Shown: one piece after another, positions 23,461 through 34,030 of the stretch
Numbering within the stretch: the first letter of the stretch is position 1
Layout: the number at the start of each line of letters is the position of its first letter
Assembly: GCA_040285855.1 (NCBI GenBank)
Contig: JAUFOQ010000016.1
Location: 1,302,001-1,366,000 of the forward strand
Reading direction: 5' to 3'
From: Eukaryota sp. GEM-RC1
Taxonomy: Eukaryota
Length of the DNA: 64,000 bases
The notes under the pieces: model-generated
Told to the model about the DNA's origin: nothing
The model's input: the letters and a program-made list of their open reading frames with translations, nothing else
The model's database searches: none
Translations under genes and position numbers: made by a program

Positions 23461-26343
23461 TCAAGATTCCTGATCTTTCTGGTTTACGTGTGAGTCCTTG
23501 GGTACATCTTTCTTAGGCTTATTTGGACAAGTTGTTTTGTTATGTCCAGGTTGAGAACATATACGACACTTGTTAGGACCTCTGACTTTTGTTAGAGGAC
23601 GCTTTGCTTTACCCTTACCCTTACTCACAGTCTTTTTCTTTGGAATCTGATCTGTATTCCCGCCATCCACGACAGGTGTTGTTTGAGATTTTGGTCTCTC
23701 GAGGATGGCAGGTCTACCTTGACCTTGAATGGTTCCATTTACAATATTGTAAATATTGATAGCAGAGTTGAAGTCTCTATTCCAGAGGACATGACATTTA
23801 GCACATTCAACTAAGCCCCATGGTGAGACTTTGTTGTTCTTCAATCTTTCTTTCGAAAATGTCAACTGGTCAGTCCATTCATCATCAAAGTTACGCTGCA
23901 CAATATTGTCTAATTGATTGTGTTCCATAATTTCCTTTTTTAATTCTTTCTCTTCCTTCTGTAACTTCTTCTTCCAATGAGGATCAGTGACTTTTATCCT
24001 TTCAGGATTGGAACAGATACCTTCGTCGTTTCTGGAAACACATGCAGAGCAACATTTGCTGGTCTTAAATTCATCAACTAGGAACACTTTAAATCCAAAT
24101 TTTCTTAATAATTTCCGAATTGAAGCACCTTTTACAGTAGATGCTTTACCTCTTCTTCGACGAAAAGCAGTGTCGTTCCAGTCTCCATACCCAACAACGA
24201 CTTCATCTGGGTTTCCAAACTGGAGAGCAAATCTGTGAAGCATGTTTTTCTCACTTCGTTCCTTTCTTGAATACTGTGTGAGACGATTCCTTCTAAACCA
24301 CTTTTCTTCGTAAATTCCTTCAGTATTTCTTTGATCAGTAGTGGGTGATCGTAGTAAAGAACAGGTAATTTCTTTACCAAGAACAAAAGCAGAATACAGA
24401 GTCAAATCACAAGATTTACTACCTGGCGAGTTAGAGCCCCATTGATCTAAAATTTGTTGCCCATTTATGTCAATGCGTCTGCCATCTGGAATGTGAATAA
24501 ATTGGGTAGAGTATTGTTGTAACCGTTCAGATTCAGATAAACGGTGGAGATTATATCGTCTTATTTTCTTCTCCAGCTTCCTCTTCTTTCTCTTAGCTCT
24601 TTTTCTTTCCTTCCTTGTTTTTTTCTTTTCCATGGAGACTTTTTAATATCGGCATTGCGCTCCCCAGCAGTGTATCTGAATACTTTCCAATCGTCACGAT
24701 TTTTCAACTTGACAGTTGATGGTTTGTCAATAGTGGGTGCGTCTTTCCAATCCTTCAATTCCTTTTTCAATTTTTTCAAGCTTCCTTTTTTCTTTGATGA
24801 TTTTGGAGAAATCTTTCTTCTTCTGAGATTGGCTGATGTATCGAAACCTTCGATTTTCTTTTCCTCCTCAGATTTTAAAGAAGCACAATACATCAAATCA
24901 TGCTGATTAGGGTCAATAACAACAATTCTTTTGGATTTCAAATTTAAGTTTTGAATTTCTGTGGAACTCAAAGAATCAATGTACCTTTCAGTAGCTGTGT
25001 AGTCAACTGCTTTCACCTTCTTATGAGGATTTCCTCTCCCATCAAGCAGATCTTTCCGCATCATCATTAAACTACAGCTAACTCCATCTGTAGAAATAGA
25101 ACTGTATTTGAAGTCATGAGACAATGACTTTGGAAGACACTTTGGTTTCAAAACTGAGTGCCAAATATCTTTTCGAACGTCATCAAAGCTACCTTTCATT
25201 TCTGATGCATAAACTTCTTTAAACCATGTAGTATCCAATCTGATATGATTAGGAATCAGTGATTTTGTTAGAGGAAAAGGATTATTGGCAGTAACACCAG
25301 GACAAGAGTCCTCAACAAGACGTTTCAAATACACTGCATGACTTAAGAATTTCAAAGGATCTACTTTTTCAGCATAATAGATTGTTTTCTCCATTTTACC
25401 TTCAAAAAAAGTAAACAAATAGTTAAAAAATAGTAAACTCAGTCTAGAATTGGGATCAGGAAACACTTCAACATCTTGAAAATTAATTTTTGAAATTTCC
25501 CCATTAATGATCAACTGTCTGACTTCATTAAGCTTTGTACACAACTCTTGTCGTAGATTCTTATCAGTAAGCTTGTTAAGTCTATCTTTTTCAGGGTAAC
25601 CAAATTAAATACTTGAAAAACATATTCATGAAAGTGATCACTCATGTTAGTCTTGTAATTCGTTATAATTTCAGTAGCCATGTAATGCAATATACGAGAT
25701 AAACGATGACTACTGGGAAACACAATCCTATCAAGTCCAACAGATCGAGCAGCTATTTCTAAACGAGGAATATAATACATCAAGAAGTGTTGAGCAAACT
25801 GATTTTGAGTTGAGCCATCATTTGTGTTAGAAATTATGTTTTCTAAAGATTCTTGCACAGTCTCAATATGATTCTGATTGTTTACAAGTTTGTTGTCCCT
25901 AATCGTCATCATAGACAACACTTGTTCCATTGATTTCAACGTAAAAAAATTCTTCCAGTCTGGCAATTCAATTTTGGCAGTTTGAATTTTAGTCCAAAGG
26001 TCAGGTTCAGGTTTAGGTTCATCACTCGCATCTTCAATATTTTCTAATTTAATAGGAGGAGTAGCAGCATGGATAGACTCTGAATGTACATCTGTTTCTT
26101 CATCAGTTGACTCATCTGTATCAGAATTCATTTCTTCCTTAACAGTTACATTTGGAACAGTAGCAGGCAGTAACTTCTGAATGTAACCTATAATACCTGA
26201 ATGGTGAAAATTATGAACAAAAAATGTTTCAAAAAGAGAGTACTACGGACTCTTACTTGGTGAGCTCTCTTAACACGAGATTCAATAAATTTAACCTTCG
26301 CTTTGGACACAACATTGTCTAGTCGTTTCTTAACCACTTTCAT
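23461..26343 (-). CDS. Fanzor1 (eukaryotic TnpB-like RNA-guided endonuclease) moiety, about 960 aa, with C-terminal CCHC knuckle; split by three homopolymer frameshifts
   Basis: ISTDGVSCS; RuvC-I VVIDPN (D 24912-24914); VGYGDW then LVDEFKTSKCCSAC (E 24070-24072); CAKC..WNRDFNSAINI (D 23773-23775); GRPAIL; N-terminal VKKRL..VKRAHQVRVRSTLFLK and YKTNMSDHF; CRICSQPGHNKTTC. Confidence 0.9.
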
Positions 26344-27300
26344 TGGTGACTTTGAACGTAATGTTTGTTTTTTGGGATCCAATAGGTCAGCCAACAAGTA
26401 CTCAATCAGAGGTAATTGTTGAATTGAGTTCATCAACAATAGCGGTCTTGTCGATTCCTTGGCCCAAAGTTCATTTACTTTCTCCAAATTTCTTACAAAT
26501 TTCTTTTTAATCTTATCGACCTTCACTTTGGGATTGTCTGGAACTAAAACATTAATACTGTCAATTATGCCATGCAAGTTTTGGACATTATTGACCAATT
26601 GAACTTCATCAGGATCAGAGTCATGATTAAGTTCTTCCAAGCGTTTGACAGTTTCATTTTTAGAAAAATTATTCATTTCAAGAAAAATTTGAACAACATT
26701 TTCCAAAAAACGGCCACCAGTAAAGACATAAAAATTCTTCAGTACAGCATTCAAATCGAGACTAAAAAACGGACCAAAAGTTGTTTCCTTACACCATTTG
26801 TTGAACCAAAAGGGAATGTAGGGTTTAAATTCTGGAAAAGTAAACGTTGTATTGATTTTGAGGACTTGACAACGTGATACAAGAAAGGGAAATGTATCTA
26901 AGTGAAAGTCATAACTCACAAACAATCGTGGACAATGTTGAGTAATGAAGGAAATGAAGTTTTTAAGCATACTGGATTCACTATCTGAAATATGTAAGGT
27001 ACACAAATCCAAGTTTGTAGTATCAAAGTTGCCATGAGAAAATAAATGTTTTTCATTAAACTCATTGTGATCAATGATCTCGATGAAAATTGATACAATA
27101 GGATCAACAGAAGAATCACGTTTAACTTCTAATTGATCTTCAGCTTCACCTTCAACAGTTTCAATGTCATCATCATCTTCTTGAACAAGTTGAACATTTC
27201 TGCCATTAATTCTTTCTTTTTGGCAAAATCACTTTGAACATGAATTAAACAAAAAGTTGGTAGATTGTTCCAAAGTAGAGGGGATTTAAGAAAGTCTTGA
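26344..27300 (-). CDS. Degenerate family-B DNA polymerase 3'-5' exonuclease-like domain, in frame with the Fanzor N-terminus
   Basis: DPIVSI, SESSMLKNFISFITQHCPRLFVSYDFHLDTFPFLVSRCQVLKI, SLDL, FLENVVQIFL; the same ORF (26188-27012) runs into the Fanzor N-terminal motif. Confidence 0.6.
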
Positions 27301-27337
27301 ATTTGTATTTCTTCTTCTATAGGCTCAGTGTGTAGAT

Positions 27338-28369
27338 TTACTTCCATTTTTGGATTTCTTCTTGAATTGGCGATGGATACGACATAATGGAGGCCTTAAT
27401 TTTGGGTGGTAGTTCAGATGGTGGTACTTCAGATGATTCCAATGTGGACATACGGCGGTGAGTCTTTCGTATTGGAGTGTCACCAGTTGAAACAAGGGAG
27501 CTGGTAGTTCTAAATTTATTTCGTTGAATTAAAGGTGAACCTCGTGGTGATGGAATATCAGAAATTTTGGCCTTTCTTTTTTTAGTGCTTAAACCAGTAG
27601 ATGCTTTAGTGCTAGCAAGACGCTTACCTGAGATTGGTGACGCAGAAACACGCGACAACTCAACAGGACTAAAAGTTTCAAAATGTTCCAAAATTTTACT
27701 TCGAGACTCGTGAACAGCAATAGTGGTATTACCCAGCAGTTCTTTAACATCAGTCCACCTTATGACCACAGATTGATCTAAATTCATTAAAAGTTCAATG
27801 TATTCGAGAACACAAAAACCAGAGTCAGTTAGAGTATGTTTGATATTTGATGGAATAAATTCTATATTTCTGGTTTCACACATTGACAACACTGAATAAA
27901 TTTTTGACACAATTGTAAATAAATTGGAGGAAGATGGTGCAACTGGCGTTTGGTTAACAGGAAATTCTCTGGCATAATCATCCTCAACGTAGGTCGGATC
28001 AATGAATAAAATATGACTTGTAGGAGATGAAATGATCAGAACAATTAAACCCCAATGACGACCATCAGCAGTAAGATCACACATTGCACTATTGACAGGA
28101 ACAAGTAGCATTTGTTGGTTGTTTTGACCACATTGGAAGAATTTCTGCGTCAAAAAATCTGAAAATGGATATTTATTATAGGGTTGGTCACCATATAATA
28201 ACGGATATAAATCAGTTGGCCTAATTACATAGTCATAAAAGATTAAACCTGTTGATTCCACAAGTATTTTGGAATATTTGATGAACAATTGATCGTCAAC
28301 ATAAGTAAACAATTTCTGAATCTGTTTACGGAGATCTGCAGCATTAAGTTCATTGTTAACTTCACACAA
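27338..28369 (-). CDS. Second Ulp1/C48-like domain (catalytic Cys replaced by Ser) plus basic, Ser/Pro-rich linker
   Basis: YVDDQLF, LLVPVN..GRHWGLIVL, FIDP, HTLTDSGFCVLEY. Confidence 0.72.
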   Translation of the reverse strand: MCEVNNELNAADLRKQIQKLFTYVDDQLFIKYSKILVESTGLIFYDYVIRPTDLYPLLYGDQPYNKYPFSDFLTQKFFQCGQNNQQMLLVPVNSAMCDLTADGRHWGLIVLIISSPTSHILFIDPTYVEDDYAREFPVNQTPVAPSSSNLFTIVSKIYSVLSMCETRNIEFIPSNIKHTLTDSGFCVLEYIELLMNLDQSVVIRWTDVKELLGNTTIAVHESRSKILEHFETFSPVELSRVSASPISGKRLASTKASTGLSTKKRKAKISDIPSPRGSPLIQRNKFRTTSSLVSTGDTPIRKTHRRMSTLESSEVPPSELPPKIKASIMSYPSPIQEEIQKWK

Positions 28370-28375
28370 CCTTTT

Positions 28376-29332
28376 TCAAAAAAAATCAGTCGATAGATTA
28401 GACAAACTTTCATGTGTTGTAAGAATTTGTAAGTACTTTTGAACATATGCAATGACATAAATTCCACAATCACTTGGAGTCTGAGATTTCGGGACGTTTG
28501 CATAACGTATCGTGAAACTTGGCATTTTTTCTCTGAATTTATCAACAATGTGGTTCAAAAAGTTGGAGTTCAGTATTGGATCAATAACTGTTGCAACATT
28601 TTGTACACAATCCAATAGAATAACACCCCAATGAGATCCTGAAAATGTGCGTGACGCAGACAGGGCAGTCATACCGTCATTGATAGGAGCAATGAGGAAT
28701 CGAGTACCGGTGGTTTTAGCAATAAGAATTTGACGATCTACAGTTTGTTTATGTTCAGGTGAAAGATCAGTAATTAATCCATTCATCACACTAGAGGGGA
28801 TACTGTATAGATCAAATGCTAGTCTAGCAGAGTTAAAAAGGTACTGACAATATTGAAAGATAGCATCGTCATCTATCCATTGGCCAGGATTCAGATACTC
28901 TAGGGAGTCTTTGGACAACGGTCCGGGATTGGATTCCACGTCACCATTTATGGTTAAGTCTTTTTGAAACGGAGGATGAGAAGAGATTAATAAGCAAGCG
29001 AAGGGACTAAAGCACGAGCAGCAACCACAACTTCCTACAGCATTACCTTTTCTAATGAGGATGCGTTCGGAAGAAGCAGCGAAGGGACTAAAGCACGAGC
29101 AGCAACCACAACTTCCTACAGCATTACCTTTTCTAATGAGGATGCGTTCGGAAGAAGCAGCGAAGGGACTAAAGCACGAGCAGCAACCACAACTTCCTAC
29201 AGCATTACCTTTTCTAATGAGGATGCGTTCGGAAGAAGCAGCGAAGGGACTAAAGCACGAGCAGCAACCACAACTTCCTACAGCATTACCTTTTCTAATG
29301 AGGATGCGTTCGGAGAGAGATGATTTTGTCAT
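28376..29332 (-). CDS. Polyprotein N-terminus: four Cys-rich 27-aa repeats, 2A-like motif, Ulp1/SENP8-like C48 protease
   Basis: DLTINGDVESNPGP; LNPGQWIDDDAIFQY, APIND..GSHWGVILLD, VIDP, SQTPSDCGIYV (His-Asp-Cys with oxyanion Gln). Confidence 0.82.
   Translation of the reverse strand: MTKSSLSERILIRKGNAVGSCGCCSCFSPFAASSERILIRKGNAVGSCGCCSCFSPFAASSERILIRKGNAVGSCGCCSCFSPFAASSERILIRKGNAVGSCGCCSCFSPFACLLISSHPPFQKDLTINGDVESNPGPLSKDSLEYLNPGQWIDDDAIFQYCQYLFNSARLAFDLYSIPSSVMNGLITDLSPEHKQTVDRQILIAKTTGTRFLIAPINDGMTALSASRTFSGSHWGVILLDCVQNVATVIDPILNSNFLNHIVDKFREKMPSFTIRYANVPKSQTPSDCGIYVIAYVQKYLQILTTHESLSNLSTDFF
28998..29314. repeat. Perfect 81-bp tandem repeat, about 3.9 copies
   Basis: Units start at 28998, 29079, 29160 and 29241. 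Confidence 0.97.
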
Positions 29333-29951
29333 GGGAAGAAAAAGACTAATTCACTGATTCACTGTAATCTGCAATGTAAGAACATCATACACTGAAAAAG
29401 ATATCCTAAAAGTTATAGTTCATCTGATTATTAACAGAAGAGCGTACGTCCATCAGTGAGATTGTCAAGACTAGGGGAATACTTTATACCTACATATTGT
29501 TAATCGATACTCGCACATCCATCATCATCCATTTTCAGCTTTATGTTAAGCGTACACATAAACCAATACTGTTGTATATTCACTAGCTACAATAAATTAT
29601 TTATTGGACTGAATCAGAATTTCTGAAACAGGCATGTAATTCTTATGTAACTCTACATCAGTCGAACAAAATGACTACAATCTTTCTCTTTCGGACGACA
29701 GTGATTTGTCCTTTGATACGTACGCTAGTGTTGCAATTATTAAACATATATCTCTATACAAAAAAATGAATCTCATGAAGAGATAGCGTGTGTATTCTGT
29801 TTGTTGGTGTTTTCTATAGTATATTGTAATAGTATAAGCTGTTCGATATGATAATTCATTACGTCTTTATTCAGACTAACGCAAAGAGAAGTTATAAACA
29901 TAGTTTTAAAATACAAAGCTACTTCCAGTAACTACATAACTGTAACATCAA

Positions 29952-32900
29952 TCAATCCATTAACTGTTTGATTTCATCAGGAACACAAATTTCCTTGGCA
30001 TAATACTGAATGTATTTTGTGAACAAATTTTTAATGTGAAAACCGTCGTCTTCAGATGTCCAAAGAATTTTCAATACATCAACTTTTACATGAAACGTAC
30101 ATAGTTGATTCACATTCGAGGGAATGTCATATATGATACAAACAAGACGCTTGTCAACAACGGATTGACTTTTGTTCAACAAATTATATGCGACCTGTGT
30201 TACTGCTACAAGAACTGCTTTCTTCGGATTTACCAAAAATTTTTCGAAAATATTGGACTTCTTCTTACCGTCGATTTTTTGTACAAAGTGAGTATACATC
30301 GAGTGGAAGCCTTCTTGACAATGATGCTACGAGTCCTCTGCCAGTTTCCACGTTTTTAACAGTGATAATGATTTTTTCTTCTGTTAACAAATGGCTGTGC
30401 AATAAGTGTTGCAAGTTGTTCAGTTTTGAGTCAGATACAATCAACTGTGATTTTTCCAAACATGAGGGAATTGATGGCGGTACAGTTGATGGCGGTACAG
30501 TTGATGATGGAGATAAAACTTCGTCAGATTCTTCTCCATGTGAACCAATTAAATCTCCATATTCGTCCTCTGAGTCATCATCAGGAATGACAACAAAATT
30601 TTGAGTTGTAACCTTTTTTACAATTGGTTGTTCAACTTCTTTAATAGATAATTGTTGTTGTTCAACTTCTTTAATAGATAATTGTTGTTCTGTTGCAACT
30701 CTTTTGACACTGTTTGTTTCACCTTTTTCATCTGTTTTTGATCGTCGCTTCAATCTTTCAGGTATTTCAGGTGGTGGTAATCTAAAGAACTCTTTAACTG
30801 GTGGTTTGTGATACTTAGGGGATACACATTTCTTTGACGAAAGGGAAGGTTGTCCATCAGGTTCTGCCCAACGAAGAGTCACAATTTTGCCAACATTGGT
30901 TACACAATAGATTTCTGGATTGACACTTGATGGAAAAATTTTAATGAAATTATTAAAAGGCGGTGGATCTGCAAGGGTAAAGCGCTCATCAACGTACAAT
31001 TCTGTGGTTACTGCATTGACAATACCAATATGTAACTGGGCTGAAACAAATATGATATAATTGGGATACCCAAATAAGCCACAAGCATCAATAATGTCAT
31101 GTTCAGTATTTACAATGTGTTCCACACTGACATTACTTTCGGAAATATGTACAATATATAAGGAATTATTAGCTATAACAATCCGTTGATTGCTAAAATT
31201 GGGATCTGGTCCAAATTTTGTGGAATGTAAGCCATCAAAGCAGTTAGATAAATCAATGAAATCGGTTGAATTTTTGGCATAACAAATTGATTTTTCTGTC
31301 AGCACCAGATGCATATATGATTTGGAAAATCTGATATATGTTGAATCAATGACATTTTCATTGTTTGGAAGATCAATCTTGTGAACATATTTACAATTTT
31401 CCTTTACAGCAGGCACACATACCAGAACACCATTTGTTTGACTGATATACACGTTTTTACCCACAACGATTATAGAACTATGTTCATTGATTGACTTCGG
31501 TTCTGTTTCCTTTAGCAAGTCAATATATGTTTCAGAATCAAAAGAGAAGAACTGAAGTCAAACAAACCGATAAGAACTTTGTTTTCTATAGGCAAAAACA
31601 CCCACATAGCAGTTGGGTAACCTGGAACATCGTTTTGAACCGCCATCGACAAGTAAGTATAATCAGGAAGCTTTAATGGATTCCAAAAACCTTGATCACC
31701 AACTGTCCATAACATTAACTCTCCTGCAAGAGTCAGAATAATGATGTACTGCCCAGATTCAGTGATAACTGCATTTTTGATTTCAGATGCACATGATTGT
31801 GTGTAACTATCTGAGAAATTCATTGTATTAATCTGTTCCGAAGTAATGGGCAACATGTCAGTGGTAACAAGGGGACATGGCGGCTGTTCACATGAGTAGA
31901 GGTATGTGGACTCTGGATCATATTCCAAAACTGACGTCTCAATTTCAAATTCTTTTCAGACTCAGAGAACAACGATTTTCCTGCGGCAGAGAATGTAGAT
32001 AGATATTTATACAGTACATCCAAGACTTGAAACTTTCCACAATTTGGACATTCAGTATTGACACAGCATTTGAAATTACTGTCGGCAGCAGAGTAATTCA
32101 ACAGAAAAGGCTGGCGTCCACCAACATCAATGGGATTCAGATCAGTAACTAAATCACGTTGGACATTAACGTCGATATCGTTTTCTTGAATCAAATTAAT
32201 TTGATGATAGAATATTGATGAATCAATTTTTAATCTTTCAGAGAGATATAAAACAATTCTACATCGATTGAGACAACCAATGACTTCTCTCAATTGTGAT
32301 AAAACATGGGGATCGTATACATATTCCATTTGATCTTCATTGTTGTAAATAAGAACCTGAGTTGATTGGATATATCCAAATGTGATATTAGAAAACATCA
32401 GTTGAATAAACAAATTCAATAATGAAGGTTAAAACTGAAGTTTCGCCACTGAATTCTTCAGAACAATACAAGAGAAACAAATATGATGAACCACTGACTG
32501 CTCTCAAACATATTAGACATGTTGAGTACAAATTATGTCCTTTTGCAATTTCAATTTATGGTCGACTTGGTAGAGATGCTCTTTGTTTTCTCTCTGATTT
32601 TGAGAAAGTGGTCAAAAAAAAGAATGAACAAGAAATTTGATTTCAAATTTTGGTTGAATCGTATTGTTTTTACAATATTTAAAACAATTCCTATCATGAT
32701 TTCAAAAGCTCTATTAGCTCTCAGTGTTTTTTATGAAGAAAAAGCTGATGTGAGTTTTAATGGCAATGATTGTTGCTTTAATGATATTGAATTCTAGTAT
32801 TTGTGTTTATTTTAATGTTTTTAATAAAGGGTATAATGAAGGTTGAAAGAAGCAGCACATAGAAGGAAATTGTTTTTGTGAAGACACGTAAACGCCAGAA

Positions 32901-33982
32901 TAATTGTGACAACTGGTTGCAGGCAAACGAGGAAAAAGAGAATTGTCAAACTTAAAATCAATGAATTTTACAGTGCCATTTAGAGCGTCACATTTAAAAG
33001 GTAGTTGATAGTAGACATTTTCAATATTCGGTTCCAATTGAACTTCAAAGTTGTCTTCAAAAGGGATAAGTATGCGTCTGTTTAACAATCGAGCAATTTT
33101 TGTGCTTGTGTCACGAACTACAGTATTGTTGTCATTCACAGATTGGAACTTTTCACCTGAGAAAGTCACATTACATTCCACACCACATATCAATGGAAAA
33201 AAGAATTTGTGATATCTTGAGGCAGACACATTTTCAAACATTTTGGCAAAAATAAGAGGAGTAATAGTTTCATTTGAATTTTTAAGGGTTAACATCAACT
33301 TATCTGGTTCTTTGGGTAACAACTGTAAATTAACGCTATTCTGTCCTGCAGATTGTAATATCTCATTCAAATCATTGACTTCATCTTTCAATAGTCCACA
33401 TTCAGATTTACAATGAACAGGCACTTCAGTTGTAGAACTTGTAATTGATAAATGTCTTTGACTTCGCAATACTATTGTATTGGTTGGATATGATGATACA
33501 AACAATAGAGTCAACTTTTTTGGTTCTGTGAGATCACAAAGTTCTTGCAAAAACATATGATCCATAACAGAAGACAACTTTTGTGTGAATTCGTCAGTTG
33601 GATTGGACTTGTAGAGACTAAGCAAACCCTTAACACGGTCTGCGTGTGCAATTAACTTTTGAAAAATTATGCTCAAAGATTCCATATTAGGGTCAGATTT
33701 TAACACGTCAAAATGATTCTTCATCCTTCGCAAAACACGTATTTTCGTGACAAGTGTATCACAAAACAGTTTTAGTGACTTAATATTAAAATATTTGAGA
33801 ATACGAACATTGATTGTACCAGACAATAATCGAAACAAGAAATTCAACATAATGATCAAATCTGAATGTTCATGATTAGTCTTATCAACATACAATTTCA
33901 AAAATTTACCGAACTTTGTAACCTGATTGACATTGTCTGTGTAAAACTTAAAATTGAACAACTTGACATCAAAAGCACACAA
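29952..33982 (-). pseudogene. Large orphan gene (about 1200 aa reconstructed) interrupted by a retrotransposon fragment
   Basis: Removing 32431-32832 and one TSD copy fuses ...FQPSL to LNLFIQ... in frame; remaining breaks lie at A4/A4/T6 runs; CCVNTECPNC motif and a beta-rich region. Confidence 0.7.
32431..32832 (+). mobile_element. 402-bp 5'-truncated RLE retrotransposon copy with 12-bp TSD
   Basis: Essentially identical to 7957-8355; ATAATGAAGGTT duplicated at 32419-32430 and 32833-32844. Confidence 0.93.
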
Positions 33983-34030
33983 CAGGATAATTCCTGGAAC
34001 TGATTGTTTTAGAAGAAAGCAATTAACTCA

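Noticed and set aside
28998..29314. CRISPR-like array next to a Cas12/TnpB-like nuclease
   Set aside because: Units are identical head-to-tail 81-mers with no variable spacers, and they are in coding frame.
29055..29357. Plus-strand repeat ORF MRMRSEEAAKGLKH...
   Set aside because: Antisense shadow of the 81-bp repeat; the minus frame is the one continuous with the 2A motif and protease.
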